A stretch of 64,000 bases of DNA from Raja brachyura (GCA_963514005.1 OY740799.1:10416001-10480000), one strand, 5' to 3'; counted from the stretch's first letter, positions 25,701 to 40,143 are shown. The notes: generated by a model not told the origin, from the sequence alone. A program made the numbers and translations.

Positions 25701-26329
25701 GAGAGGGAGAAATTGAACTCTATTTAGATCAAAAACAAATAGTGATTTTGGTTTTGCATAGCTATTTAAGATTGGAAGCCTCTCGGCAGTTTAACAGTGT
25801 GTGTACCACTATACAAAAAAAAACATGTGAATGACCATGTTCCTCAGCATAAGGCATGGCTTCTTAGGAGTTAAATAAAGACTTGGTGTGGCATCATTAG
25901 TGGATGATAAGAATGAGAGGAGGTGGTTTTTGGTCGCGAACAGTAAACAGCAACTTTGAGACCAACGTTATAGAATCATGTTGCAAGGAGTTCTTTATCT
26001 TACCAAACAAGAAAGGGCTAACTAGCCTAATATCATCTACCAAAGCTTGGTCTGTAGCTCTTCAAGTACACATCACAGTACTTTTTATAGATATGATAAG
26101 TGTTCTGCTACTACTATTACAGAAAGTAAGTTACACATACTGTTTTCTGACTGAAGAAACATTGTCATCATCTTCCCTCCAATCTTCCTCCTATCCATTG
26201 CTTTAAATCTGCATTTTTGGCAGAGGGGTCAAAAACTAGAGGAGTCATGCTAGTTTTTGACTCCTGCCAAAAATGCATCCTTGTTAGTATGGACCCGAGA
26301 GATCTTTACATAACTCAGCTAAAGAATTT

Positions 26330-26397
26330 TTAATTTTTCTAATATTTTCTTAGCACTAAAATTCTTAATTTTTCTAATATTTTCTTAGCACTAAAAT
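26330..26397. repeat. Direct tandem duplication (33 identical bp, period 35)
   Basis: ttaatttttctaatattttcttagcactaaaat at 26330-26362 and 26365-26397. Confidence 0.9.
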
Positions 26398-29300
26398 CTT
26401 CCAGTCCTGGTGACAACCACATATAGATCTTCTGCATTCACCCTGCATTATTCAGGAAGCCACAGCATTTCACAATGTTGTGCCAGCTGTATGTTTTTAC
26501 TGAATGAAAGATGGGACAGTAACATTTCCCTTTTGCACCTAAATGTCATCAAATTTTTGAGTTTGGATTTTTAAAATAAACTTAATTATTTGAAAACAAG
26601 GATACTGGGAGGCAAAAAGGGTTTCCTCTGTTTTCAGGCCGTAGGAAAGAATGACAAGCTAGAAAAGGAAGTCATGAGCTTCATTTCAGCTTCACAGAAC
26701 AGAATTGTGTAGGCTAGAAGAAAGTGCATTCATGGAATCTTGCAACACATTTGATAGATATTTACTTCATTGTCTCTTCGAGAATGATGTCTGGTGAATG
26801 ACTCTTCTCTCATCTTTCTCTATTTTCAAAATCCTGGATGTCCTAGAATGGAAAGTCTCATATTGGGAGCAAATGCGGAGGAGACAGGAGAAATTGAGAG
26901 TAGTGGATAGCGTCTTTGCAGGAGGCAGGGTGGGAAGAGGTGTCGTCCAGATAACTGTCGGTCAATGAGTTATATTATGAATGGCATGGTTACGGTAAAA
27001 TAAGGTGGACCTATTTTCCGTAGAAGAGAGGTCAGGTGACAGGTGATGTAGATTGAAAGTCATCAATAGAAGATTTAATCATTTTCACTTGGAAAGTAGA
27101 TGCACCTGATCGCGTTTGAAAGGCACGTTGATGTGTACTTGGAAGAGGTGTGACCTATAAGGATTCTGGATCATGGGCAGGAAAGTGAGGCTTAGCTCCT
27201 TTTTATTATTCATGGGCCAAATGGCCACTTCCTGTATCATAAACCTTCTTTGATGAAATTTACTCTGAATTTACACAGTTGCTTTTGATTTTACTTCTCT
27301 TAAAAATCACCTTGCTTTGCATGACATGAGTATGTGTATATGTTCCAAGCTTGGCTATGCATGAATTGCATGTGTTACTTTCTTGTATACTCCCATCTCT
27401 GTGGGTAATTTTTTATATATTCTACTGATACAGGACTTTTTATTTAGGGTTGAAATTCACAAGCTTCAATCTAGTACAGCGTTTCGAACAACAAATCAAC
27501 ATCCTATCCCACTTATTCCATATGTTTAAGCAATTGTACATCCTCTATTATACACCTCTTGATTTGACACAGTATTGGACCCATTTGACACAGGATTATA
27601 CTTACAGTTTTTAGCTGCTGTTATTTAGACTAAGACCCAGATCATATTGGTGGGTTTTTCCCCCCAGTTGCTACATTTCCCTGTTGTGCAGAAGAGTAAG
27701 CAGAGATCTAATTTCAATTCCAGCACGGACTTTGTTGAAGCTTTGTCTGGCCTTTTCATGTGGAAGGATATGTGAAGTGTTTAAGTAGAGTGCATGGTTA
27801 AATTGCTCCTAGGCCAGAACTATGGGGGAAATTAATATTAGACGCCATATTTGTCACTTAGGCACATATAAGCACTTACAGTGTGCTTGTGTGTCTCTGT
27901 GCTGGAGTTGTCACTGCGAAGGTTCAGATTAAAGTGTACAGTGCAGTACATTGGTTTAGTGAAAAGAATAGGAAATATTGAGATGAGTAGAACAACCTGG
28001 CCACGTCAAATGTCAATTAAAATTCTTAAAAATTGAATGAGGAAGAGGTAAATGACTGTGGAACATGTGAACTGCTCTTTGGCAGGTTAAAGACATCGAA
28101 AATAGATGAATCTGCCCATTCTATACATCCGAAATTTACTCAGCTTTGCATCGATAGCTCACGCTGACTGCAGCAGCTCCTGACAGCTTGCCTTGTTCTA
28201 AGCATCTCACATGACCACATTAATCTGCAGCCTGTAATCAGCAGCAGCAGAGCTGCAGAACAGATCACCCCTTTGTCCCACACTGTAGAGGCCCTTCTCT
28301 GGCCTCCCGTTTTTTTTTTTCCTGAGCTCAGTTGCTGTGGAATTATACTTTTGAGGTTTTTTTTAAAAGCATATTCCCAAAATCTTACACGTGGCTGTGC
28401 GTTTATCCAGTGTAGAGTTGAGCCAAGATGGTTTGGGGTTTGATTCCTATTTTTTGCTGAATTATCTAGTGTCAAGCCAGTGTGACGGTAACAGTGTTAC
28501 CATAAGCCTGGTCTTCCTCATATAAGAAGGCAATTTAACAAAGCCTCTTGACCCTGATGGATATATTGACAGTCCCACTTGTCAAGTTCCCTGTTGGAAT
28601 GTATATTTGATTTGGCTTGCTTCCACACTGAGTAATTGGTGTATTCATTTTGTGGGCTAGCACATATCACATGGCTGTTTGGGTGGTATGTCCCTGCAAA
28701 GAATTGCCCGTTGTTTAAAAGGCAAGGTTTCTGACGAAAGTATACCTGGTCATGGTGGCAAAGCATAAACTGGTAATACCTGACCCATTGTAGAATGTCC
28801 TTGAGGAACATAGATTTTGCAAGGAAGCTGCAATGATGATCTATCTGGAAGGCATCAACAACTTGCATTTGTATAGGCTCTTTAAATTAGTAAAACATTG
28901 CAAAGCATTATACTGTTACAGTGTTATCAAGCAAAGTATGATTCACATAATTAGGATGGCTGATAGCTTAAATTAAAGGGTAATATCATTAGTGCAGAAA
29001 AGTTTAGAGAGGAAACTCCAGCAGTTAGGGCTTTGGTAGCTAAGGGCGCAGCAAGAGATAAAGTCAGGGTGCTTCTGCTAGTGGTGCTGGCCTCATTTTG
29101 CATGTGTCAGTGCCGTTTCCATCATATTCCCCTCTCATTTTGCAATTCACAGTGGCCTTGTACGTTCCTGTAAAGGTTGCCGCTTCCCAGTTGACCGCTG
29201 TCTGCCGCAGTTCCATGGGCAGCAAGCAACAGAAAGCCCCTGAATTCAACAAACTGGACCGAGAAATCAGTATTGGTAAAGATTCAAACTTGTGATATTT

Positions 29301-32300
29301 AGTTCATTTTGAAAATGCTGAATATAAGAGGTGCCATGTTTGGATGGTATCACCAAAGTTAGAGCTGCATGATCTAGTGAAGTGCCCACAAAGGGAAGGG
29401 AAGATACTGAATGTTAGTGCGATTTCTCTAAACAGGCTATGACCTGTCCTGTAAAAGAAACATTTTTGAGATTAACGTATCCATTAACCAACACCATACG
29501 AACAAATTATATGTGAGCTTGACCTCTAATGTGCATTCTTGCCTCTAAGTTTTTAAACACAGTAGGATGTAAAAAAAAAGGCGCATCCAGGGTACTTTGA
29601 CGTTCTGGAGGCATAAGAATACAGAAGCAAGGAAATAGTGCTAAAACTAATACATTTCTGATTAGTGGAAGTGTTGGTTTCCACTCATGGGCACAACATT
29701 ACAGGAAGCATGCAAAGAGGATTCTGGGGAAATTTAAGGAAACACTGTCTTACTTAAAGAGAATTGAGAAGATGGAGTTTCTCAGAAAGCGGGTACAGTT
29801 AAGAGAAGATTTAATGCAGGCAGATAAAAGCATGAATTGTTTTTAATAAGGAAAAATCGTTTCCACTGTCAGTAGACTCAATAACCAGAGGAATCAGATT
29901 TAAGGTGTTGGCAAAAAATCCAGAGATGAAAGGTTTTTTCCCCAGAACAATAAAAAATTAGTGTCACTACAAGAGCTCTCCGCTTTTCAGAAATATCCCA
30001 TAAATGGTTAAAGAATTTTTCACTGTAGTAATAATGTTTTGTGCTATTTATTAACAACTAGATACAGTATTTATTCCATTAGTTTAATTATGGATAGTGT
30101 TAGGATGAATATTCAGATGGTCATGAAAAATGTGGGGGAAATCAAGGACAGGAGCAGCAACAATTAAACTTTTGAAACTGAAATCAATTTAATACAGCAT
30201 GTCTGGTGATGTCTGTAATGGAACTGTTAAATTAAAATGACAGGAATGAGGGCTGATTGTATAGCAGAGTAATTGAAAATTAAAATGTGCCAATTGCATT
30301 AAGACAGATTTTTTTTAATCCATCTGCACATCTGAAAATAATTCCAAATTGAGACAGGTGATCAAGAGTGACAGATTTAACTGCTTTAAAAAAAATGATT
30401 AGCAGAGGAGTAATTATTATAATCAACTCATCTCCAGATTGTGTTGCCTGGTAATCTTTTGCAGGCTAGCTACTGTCAGCCATAGTTTAAAATATAGGAT
30501 AATGAGCTTTGGAGCAGCAACAGCTGATAGGCTAGTTGCAGCCTGGTTCCCTCATAGCAGGGACATCATAAACACTGAATGAGCCAATCCTGATAATATT
30601 ATCCTTTGCAGCAGAATATATCGATGGGGAATGAAATGTTGGTATAATTTGACAAACTTAATGATTTTCATTTAACCAGAAAGCACTTTCAGTCCCATTA
30701 AACATAAGCTTTATTTTGCTAGTTTGGGCAGCTCTATATTTATTGAGAGCATGGTATTGGATTTGTAAAGGCATACGTCAAAATCTAGAAAGAATGAGGG
30801 TTTTATAGCATTATAGCAATTTAAATTAGATATTTTGAATATTGCCATTTTTGAAATAAATGTGACCATTAAGCTGCTTTAAACTAATGTACATTAGAAA
30901 GGAAACCTTCCACCCTAACCAGTCTCGTCCTGTTCTGGACCAATGCAGTTGACTCTTAACTGCCCTCTGCAGTGTTCCAATGGACTCTTCAGAGATTCAC
31001 AAATACAGCCCATCACCGTCAAGAAACTCTGGATAAATAACATTCTGAATATTCCCAAAATACCACATTCCAAAAACATGAGACATAATCATATTAGGCC
31101 CTTCGACCTTTCGGGTGTAAAGGAATGTGGAACTTGTCTACTCAATCGCTTGTCATAGAATAATCCCACACCCCAATAAATCAGTCTAACAAATCTTTAT
31201 TGCACTCCCACATACGCAAAGTTATATTCATGTATGGTCTTGCCAAGGTGCTATTAATTTTTGTGTAATCTCTTTTCTCTTATACTCAATCCATTTGTAA
31301 TAATGACTAATATCACATTTACATTTTTACTCATTATATCTGCATGTTAGCTTGTGATTTGTGTCCAGGACATTCAGGTTACTGTGTACGTCGAATTTCC
31401 TGTTCTCTCGTTATTTTAAAATAATTCTGCTTTCCTTTTACTCCTACTAAAGTAGATAACTTCAAATTTCCCTGTAAATGAGGCAAAACTTGCTGGCTAG
31501 AACTGCTAACTTTCAGCCTTGAAATTTCAATCACGTGCTGCTGAACACTGAGGTCTGAGACTTGCCGAGTTAGAGATGGTGCCACCATGAGGTGTCCAAC
31601 AGTGAACCACTGTCTTAATGGGGAATCATCTCTCCAAACTTAATTCAGTTTAAATCTGAGGTAGGATCAGAGACCTGTTGATGTGAGTGGGGATTCCAGA
31701 CCACTGGATTAGAAGGGAAAGTAAGTAATTTATCAATAATTTTCCTTGAGCCTCTTGCTTCCTTAGGACAGGTACTGATGCCCTGTAAAGGAAAACTGCT
31801 GTTTCCCCCACACTACTCTTTCAGTCACTTGTCATCTGTATCGCAAAAAATCCAGACTTCCTGTGCTTCCATTCATATTTCTTTCCAGGCACTTTCAACT
31901 TCTGCATTTCAACAATCTGTACACCTCGTTCAATAATTCTTTTGCTCATTTATATCCACTCTTTTCTTTCCATTTAATAGAACAGAATTCCTCAACCTGT
32001 CTTTCACCCCAAATTTAGTCTGCTTATATACTAATACAATTAGTGCAATATTTTCTCAGATGTTGTTTCTCCACCAAATAATGAGTATTTGTGGGATATG
32101 ATGGGAAGTTATCTAACTATCTTCAGTTGTCTACTCCGCAGCACAGTTACTTAAATGCTTGAGAGTTGATGAACTCTCGGATGCAACTGTGAGAAACGTA
32201 CCTGCATGTAAACCTGAATGTGAAATATTCTGGACAGTTAGATGTAGGTGTGACGTTAGGTTCCAGTAAACATTATCTTCTGACTGGCCTCAAAGGATAC

Positions 32301-35245
32301 GTTTCAATTTCTGCGGTTTGCTAACCCGTGGAAAGCTTTGTTTTTGCACCAGAAATATTGTATTTAGGCTAATCTAAAGGTAACCTCGGGTCTGGAATTG
32401 AAAGACAGTCACTAAACTAAACAATAAACAAGCTAATAAAGTGTATGAGGTCATGGGCCTTATTTCCAAGGGATAGAGTGCAAAAGGCGAGATATTTTAA
32501 ATCTACATTAAACACTAGTTCAACTCTAGAAAGGATATTGAGAGGCAATAATTAAGACGCTTGTGACTAGAATAGACACCCAACAGACTATTCTTGATAC
32601 CTTGGTGACTGGAATGACTCATCCCATCACTGTTAAACATCCTCTACCTTAGCAGGACGTTCCCTTTCTGTGCAACTCAAGTGCCTCTGAAAGCATGGGT
32701 GGTTTAATTACTAATTAGCTGAATGGTCAAGACAAGCACCTCAATGCTAATTTTGCCCCAAGCGTTATCCCCAAGTTCTTAAATACAAAGAGAGCTAGCA
32801 GTGTTTCTGCTACCTGTTGCAATACACAGTTTGCATTTGTACAATCCTTCAACACATTGTATCGTCCTAAATCACTTCACAAAAATGTAATCGGACAACA
32901 TTTAGCAGCAAGCCATATAGAGTGGCGTCTTGTGCAAAGGTAGGTTTTGAGGATTGTCTTAAGGGTTGCAAGCAGTTTAAGGAGGAACATCCAGAGCTTA
33001 GGGTTTAGGCAGGTGAAGATACAGCCAGTGATTGGCACAATGACAAAACTGGGTATAGGCAAGGTTCAAGAATTGGAAGAGCAAGAGGCCAATGTAAGTG
33101 GATATTGATGGATTTGAATACAAGGATGCAAATTTTAGGATTGTGGGATTGCTGGATTGGGAGTCCATGTAGGTCAGTAGACATGGGCCCGATGGGTGAG
33201 CAAATTAGGATGCAGGCGGCTGCAGTTTCAGATAATCTACAGTTTATGACAGATCGGATTATATTACTAAGTATTTTATTTTACTCCCTTCTTTATGTTC
33301 ACAGATATTTATATGGTACTCCAGCATTTCAACTACAGTAGTCAAATTGACAAATCTGATATACAAGCAAGTACCTGATAAAGCACATGCTTATCAAAGG
33401 CCCACTTTGGCTGCCAGAAGTATGTTTTTCAGTATTCATCATCAGCCGGCAATTAAGTCTGTTTGGTTCTCTGTGCTGTTTCAGAGCCATACCCAGGTGA
33501 TATTCACGACATGAGTGAAGAAAAATTCTCCACTTTCTGATTTGTATTTGATTTCTGCAATACCATCCCCTCTCCCATCCCCAGTGATTAGCCTCAACCC
33601 CATTCTTTTTAAGAATCAACTAGAAGCTTTGTTGCTGAGCAATGTTATTGGGTGATTGGGTTTAATAAAAGTACTGAATCCAAGTCAGTCTAGGAGTGGA
33701 GTAATGAGCTTAAGTGCGGAGCTTATGACAAGCTAGTGGCTCTGTCCTATTCAGTCTGGCATATTTCCTTGTTCCTTATAAAGGTGGCCTAAGTGCTGTG
33801 CTCTTCACATCTGGGGACTCCAAAATGTAGGGGCATAACTGCATGATAGTGGCTTTTAAGTCCAATAAGGAATTCCATAGAATTTGCTTTACAATGCACA
33901 TGATGAAATGTAAGGAGTAGCTGAAGTAATTAATGTTGACACATTCAAGGGGAAGCTGAATAATCGTTTAGGGAATAAAAGGATAGGCTAATAGTTTCAG
34001 ACTAGAGGGATGGGTGGTAGCTGCTGTGGAGCGTAGAACTGCTTGGGCCAAATTGTCATGTCTAGAATTTTATTCTTAAGTGGTAAAAATGTTCATGGTT
34101 ACAATCTAACTTGTTTTTACTGACATCTGGCATTTCAGTAAAATTAGAGTTAGACAGGACATGTCTGGAAATAATGCTATTGTAATCATTCACCCTCCAC
34201 TACTTTCATTTTAAAGTTTCTTAAAGTATAGTGGAACCTTACACCTTAAAAGTATTTATAGAATCAGCATCCAGCGCCCATACAGATAGAATGCTTCAGA
34301 TCTGATAATTCCGACTGGAAAACATTCCTAGTTCACTTCTCATAGGATGTTGGGATAGTGATCTTGCATCCATGATTGCTAAGTGATCTTCTTGTCAAAG
34401 GGAATGCTTGCTCTCTATCATTATATCCCTCATTGTTTTGAGAAACCTCTATCAGGGCATCTCTTAACCTCTCATCCTAGGTGAGCAGTTCTCCCCTTTC
34501 CAGCCTTTTGTGGTGGTTGTCTCTTATCCCTCGTGAATCACACTGTACCCTGACATATTACTTGATTTGGTGTCCACAATTGCCCTCAGTAAAACAACAG
34601 GTAAATCCATTATTACCGTTTTCCAGTAGCCACAAGCGAAGGTAGGGTCAGACTGTACAATTAGGAGAGCCAGGAGTAATCATGCTCCCTATTCCCCAGT
34701 ATGTGTATGTCCATTAATAGCTACTAATTATGTCCACTTCATTTCTTTTGAATGTTGTGCTTCGGTTGTGTATGAGAGTCGGGATGGGTAAGGGGGATTG
34801 TGGATAAGAGATTTTTTTTTAATACACTTTGAAAGCTTGTCATCTCATGTCAAGGTGAAATTGTAAAGATTAGCTTAATTAGTGGTTGCTTCTAGACATA
34901 TAGGCAGAAGTACTGAAAAGCATAATAAAAGCTCCGTCTGTTTACAAATTAATCATCAATTATATAACCCGTAGGATTAACTCTGCTAAATCATTCACAT
35001 GGCTAGGTCCTCCAAATCTTTCAAAATGAATTAAAAATAACTTGCAGATGTAGCTCAACATCTAACCTTATTATACAAGGAAAGATATTTAAATATAAGA
35101 GATTTTGGCAGACTACGATTTGCAAAAAAAATAATTCACCCAATAGTGCAGCCAAGAAAATTCACAATACTAAATGTTGCAAATTACATTATGCTGAACC
35201 TTTCCCAATCTCCAGCCATGCTGGTGCCACTCACCGTCTAGCAAA

Positions 35246-35530
35246 TAGTTTAGATTAGAGATACAGCGTGGAAACAGGCCTTCGTCACACCGTGTCTGCA
35301 CCGACCAGCGATCCCTGCACACTAACACTATCCAACACACACTAAGGATAATTTACACAGACACCAAGCCAATTAACCTGCATACCTGTACGTCCTTGGA
35401 ATGTGGGAGGAAACTGAAGATCTCGGAGAAGACCCACACGGCTCACAGAGAGAACGTACAAACTCCTTACAGACAGCACCCATAGTCGGGATCGAACCTG
35501 TAAGCAACTCTACTGCTGCGCCACCGGTCC
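35246..35530 (-). mobile_element. HE1-type V-SINE
   Basis: tRNA-like head, V-domain (ggtttcctcccaca..ccaaagac) and HER1-type tail. Confidence 0.8.
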
Positions 35531-35570
35531 GCCCCATTAGCCATTTGGATGAGAGGAGAAAGATTCTTGC

Positions 35571-35860
35571 CATGGGCGCAGCAGTAGAGTTGCTGCCTTA
35601 CAGTGCTAGAGACCCAGGTACGATCCTGATTACGGTTGCTGTCTGAACGGAGTTTTTATGTTCTCCCTGTGATCGTATTTGTTTCCTCCGGGTGCTCCAG
35701 TTATTCTCCCTCATTCCAAAGACATGCAGATTTGTAGTTTAATTGGCTTCTGTAAATTGTCCCTAGTGTATAGGTTCTAACTAGTCTACGGGTGATTGTT
35801 GGTTGATGTGGACTCAGTGGACTGAACAGCCTGTTTCCACACTACCTCTAAAGCTAAAAC
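35571..35860 (+). mobile_element. HE1-type V-SINE, head-to-head with the previous copy
   Basis: ggcgcagcagtagagttgctgcc...gatcctga...ggtgctccag...gcctgtttcc...ctaaa. Confidence 0.8.
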
Positions 35861-37174
35861 ACTTACCTAGGGCCAGACAAGTATATTAGTTCACAATGCC
35901 ACCTGTATACATTACTGTACACATTACTCCTGAAGACTTCACCTGTTTACTGACATTCAGTTATGCAGCCCTGTGTCGTCAATTGTCAATTATTCATGAC
36001 TGAGCAATCACAGTGTGTAACAGCAGGTTGCCTGACCTCTTACATAGCTCTTACCTATGAATACTATCCATGTTCAGGGTTCCAATTGGATTGTCACCAG
36101 AGACAGATTTTTTACCTCCCTCCTTTCCTGAAGCAGAATGACAAATTTGATTTGTTTAGAACTGAGCACGTAGTAAATTATCAGTACAGCAAACTCTTCT
36201 TGACTCCGCTACCCAACTATTCTTATGCTGGGAGAACATTTCCTCTGGCAACAGAAATGCTAATTGTTATTATAAAATAAGTAACAGAGGATAATCTTTG
36301 CTTCTTTGAGAGCAGCAAATCACATCTATGTCCACTAGAAGCTACATGTGAACCACAACCAAATTGAATGGGAATTGATTTTGCTTTAGTTGAATGTTGT
36401 GTTTTAGTTACTTTAGTATTTAAAAACATTTAAATTATTGTCTTTAATTATTCAACGTTGATAGTTTTTAAAAGTCTCTGAATGTTAGTGACATTTAGGA
36501 ATTGTTAAAATGCGTGACAATTTTTATAGCTGGTGAGGCCCAGCTCTCCTGGTTGTTGGAAGATGTTGGGTGTGTTTTGGGCACAGCCCCTCTTCACTGT
36601 GCCACAGGAGTCAGTGAGAGAGGCCCTCTGCATCCAGCCCAGGTAAGTATGAGTGTGGGTTATCTGGTTCAATTACATTCCTCCTACCTACTTATTCATA
36701 ATGGGGGGACGTTCCCAGGAAACATACTTTCAGATAACTCGAGTTTTGTCAGAAAGTGTTTGAACGACAGCACATACTTCAGAGCATTTTAAAGGCTGCT
36801 TTACAGAAGGGAAATGGACATCAAGCAAAACTGGAGTAATTAGAGATAAGGCAGGAACCAAACCTACAAGATAGAGAGGGGATGTTCTAGAATAGAGAAC
36901 CAAGTTGGCTGAGTTTTCAGCTACTAATTATAGAGGAGAAGATTAACAAGTAATTAGCTCTAGAATGCAGAGGACTCGGATTGGAAATGAAGGCTGAGGA
37001 ACATTCCATGTGGAGGTTACGGCAAGGTTATGCAGGAACTACATGGTTAGGAATGATGATTAAAGTGTAGATTGCTATATTGTAATCTATCACATCATAA
37101 CTTCTTGTCTGAAGGGAGTTTGAATGTGAATGTCCGAGAAATATAATTTTTGTATCGGAATTGAGGAACTAATC

Positions 37175-39230
37175 CAGAATGTTAGAACAGGCCCTTTAGT
37201 TCACATTGTCTGTGCCGATCATGATGCCAAGACTAACTTTCATCTGACTGCACATAATCTGTGTCTCTCCATTCCCTGCATATCTATATTTCTATTCAAA
37301 GTCTTTGAAATTACACTATTGTATCTGCCTTAACTACCGCCCATATTGCAGCCGTTCACCACCCTCTGTAAAGAAAACGTATCCCACACATCCCATTTAA
37401 AGTTTGCCCTTCTCATCTTAAACTTTGCCCTGCAGTATTTGATTTTTACATTCTGGGAAAAAGAATCCAACTGTTTACCCTACCTTGCTGCTCATAATGT
37501 TTTATCAGGTCTCTCCACAAATTTCGGCATTTCAGAGAAAGCAATCCAAATCTGTCCAACCTCTTCCTATTGCTAATAACTCCTAATCCAAGCATCATTC
37601 TGGTAAACTTCCTCTGCATCCATTGCAAAGCATCCATGTCCTTCTTATAATGGGGCAACCAGAATTGACGCGTTACTCCAAATGTGCCCTAACCAAAGTC
37701 CTATAAAGCTGCATCATGACTTCCTAATGGCCCTGTCCCACTGTGCGAGTTCATTCAAGTGCTCTCCCGAGTTAAAAAAAAAATCAAACTCGTGGTAAGC
37801 ACGTAGAATGAACGTAGCGGGTACGTCGGAGCTCGGGGACGTCTCTTAGCGGCTCGTAATGCTAACGGCAGGTACTCGGGAAACCCGGTAAGCTCGGGAA
37901 GACTTGGGAAGATTTTTCAACATGTTGAAAAATGTCCACAAGAGACCCGAGTACCGACGAGTGGCCATTACCGTAAATCTCCGAGTTCGAATCAGGGTAA
38001 TCTCGGGAGAACTCTTTGAATGAACTCATACAGTGGGACAGGGCTTTAACTCTTATATTGCAATGCCCTGGCCAAGGCAAACATATTATATGCTTTCCTT
38101 GCCACTCTGTCTATTTGTTTTGCTACTTTCAGGGAGTTATGGACTTGGACCTCAAGATCCCTCTGTACATCAATGCTGCTAAGGGCCATTAATTGTATAT
38201 TTTCCCATTGCATTCAACCTCCCAAAGTGGACAACCTCATACTTGCTCAGATTAAACTTAATCTGCAATTTCCCCGCCATCTCTCTCACTGTATACTGTG
38301 ATTGCCTTCCTCACAATCCGTGACCCCAGCATTGGTGTCATCTGAAGACTTACTAACCAACCAGTCTACATTTATGTCCAAGTCATTAATATATATCATA
38401 AACAGCAGAGTTCCCAACACAGTTCACTGCGGAATTCCGCTGGTTACGGACTCCGTCCTCAATATTGTCCTTTCACCACAACCTTCTGTCTTCTATCAGC
38501 AAGCCAGTATTGAATCCACATGACCAAATCACTGTGAATCCCATGCACATTAATCTTCTGGATCAGCCTACCATTGGGAATTTATCAAATGGCATACTAA
38601 AATTCCTGTGGACGATATCCATTGCCCTCCCCTCAATCAAGATAGTAAGGTACGGTCCGCTGTGGACAAATCCATACTGACTCTCCTTAATTAACCCATT
38701 CTCTTCCAAACGGAAGTAAATCCTATCCTGAAGAATCCTCTCCAGTAGCTTCCCGACCATTGATGTGAGGCTCACCAGCCTATAATTCCCTGGATTCTCA
38801 CTGTGCCTGTTAAACAAAAGAGCAACATTAGCTACTCTCCAGATCTCCTGGTCCTCGCCTGTGGCTCGAGAAGATGCAAAGATCTTTGTGATGACTCCAG
38901 CAATCTCCTCTATTGCCTCTCTCAATAACCTGGGATAGTTTCCATCAGGTCTTGGGGATTTGTCCACCTTAATGCTATTCAAGAAGCCCAACACCTCCTC
39001 CTCACACTCAAACTGCCCTTGCTTAGTAGTATTCTCCACACTGATCTCACTACCCCCCTGTCTTGCTCCTTGAAAACAGATGCAAAGTACTTATTTAGTC
39101 TATCACCTATATCCCTTGACTCTAAGCACAAATTCCCTCATTTATCCTGGAGTGATTTTTATCTTCTCCCTGATTACTATCTTGTTTTTAATGTTGGTAT
39201 AAAAAGCTTTGGGATTTTCTTTAGTCTGAC
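37175..39230 (-). mobile_element. Long degenerate CR1 LINE fragment (RT region), interrupted by a MITE
   Basis: ORF 38563..39039 (DKSPRPDGNYPRLLRE...NPGNYRLVSLTSMVGKLLE...SQYGF) and ORF 37446..37658 are CR1 ORF2 pieces. Confidence 0.88.
37728..38046. mobile_element. PIF/Harbinger-like MITE (related to 2913-3231) inserted in a CR1
   Basis: TIRs tggccctgtcccactg.../...cagtgggacagggctt; TAA TSD at 37725-37727 and 38047-38049; removing it restores CR1 sequence ttcctaactctta. Confidence 0.85.
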
Positions 39231-39970
39231 TTCATTACCTTGGAAATTGGGAAGTTCTTTTCTAGAACTTTCTCTCTGATGAAACCATTAATTGTATAGG
39301 ATAGCATGTATGTGTCCATGTCTATGAGTGTGTGTTTTTTCTGTCTGCTTTTAGTTTTAGTTTTAGAGATACTGCGTGAAAATAGGCCCTTCGGCCCACC
39401 GGATCCGTGCCAACCAGCAATCTCTGCACATTATCACTATCCTACACGCACTAGGGCAATGTTTACATTTACCAAACCAATTAACCTACAAACCTGTATG
39501 TCTTTGGAGTGTGGGAGGAAACCGAAAATCTCGGAGAAAACCCATGCAGGTCACAGGGAGAACATACGAACTCTGTACAGACAGCACCCATAGCCGGGAT
39601 CGAACTCGAGTCTCCGGCACTGCACGCGCTGTAATGCAGCAACTGTACCGTTGCACCACTGTGTTGCTCTTGTACTATAGCTGCCGAGATGCACCCTTGG
39701 CTCTTCAGTGTTCTAATAACATTTCATGATTACCATCTTTAAAATGAGAAATAAATTGGGTTTTTTTTAAAGAAAGGGAAGAATAAAATGAGAGAAGGTA
39801 AAATTTCAGGTAGCTTTCAAATGTCCTATTGGACCATAATTGGAGTTAACAACCTATTTGGAGAAATCGACAAATTGAATTGCTTCTTCAGAGGGAAATG
39901 GTGGTGATGTTGGTGTAAGGACTCTTGTCTGCATTGTCTAACTTGCTCTTTCCCTTTCCTTTATTTTCAG

Positions 39971-40143
39971 GCCTGGTGCAAATTCCAGTGAGCATGTACC
40001 AGACTGTTGTGACCAGCTTGGCCCAGGGCAACAGGCCTGTGCAGGTTGCAATGGCCCCTGTCACCACTCGAATGACAGAAATTCAGTCGTCTGGAGTAAC
40101 AATGGACGGTCAAGCAGTGGAGGTGGTGACGCTGGAACAGTGA
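39971..40143 (+). CDS. NRF1: NRF1 last coding exon: (G)LVQIPVSMYQTVVTSLAQGNRPVQVAMAPVTTRMTEIQSSGVTMDGQAVEVVTLEQ*
   Basis: Long pyrimidine tract + tttcag ends 39970; phase 1 entry; canonical NRF1 C-terminus VVTLEQ followed by TGA at 40141-40143. Confidence 0.98.
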
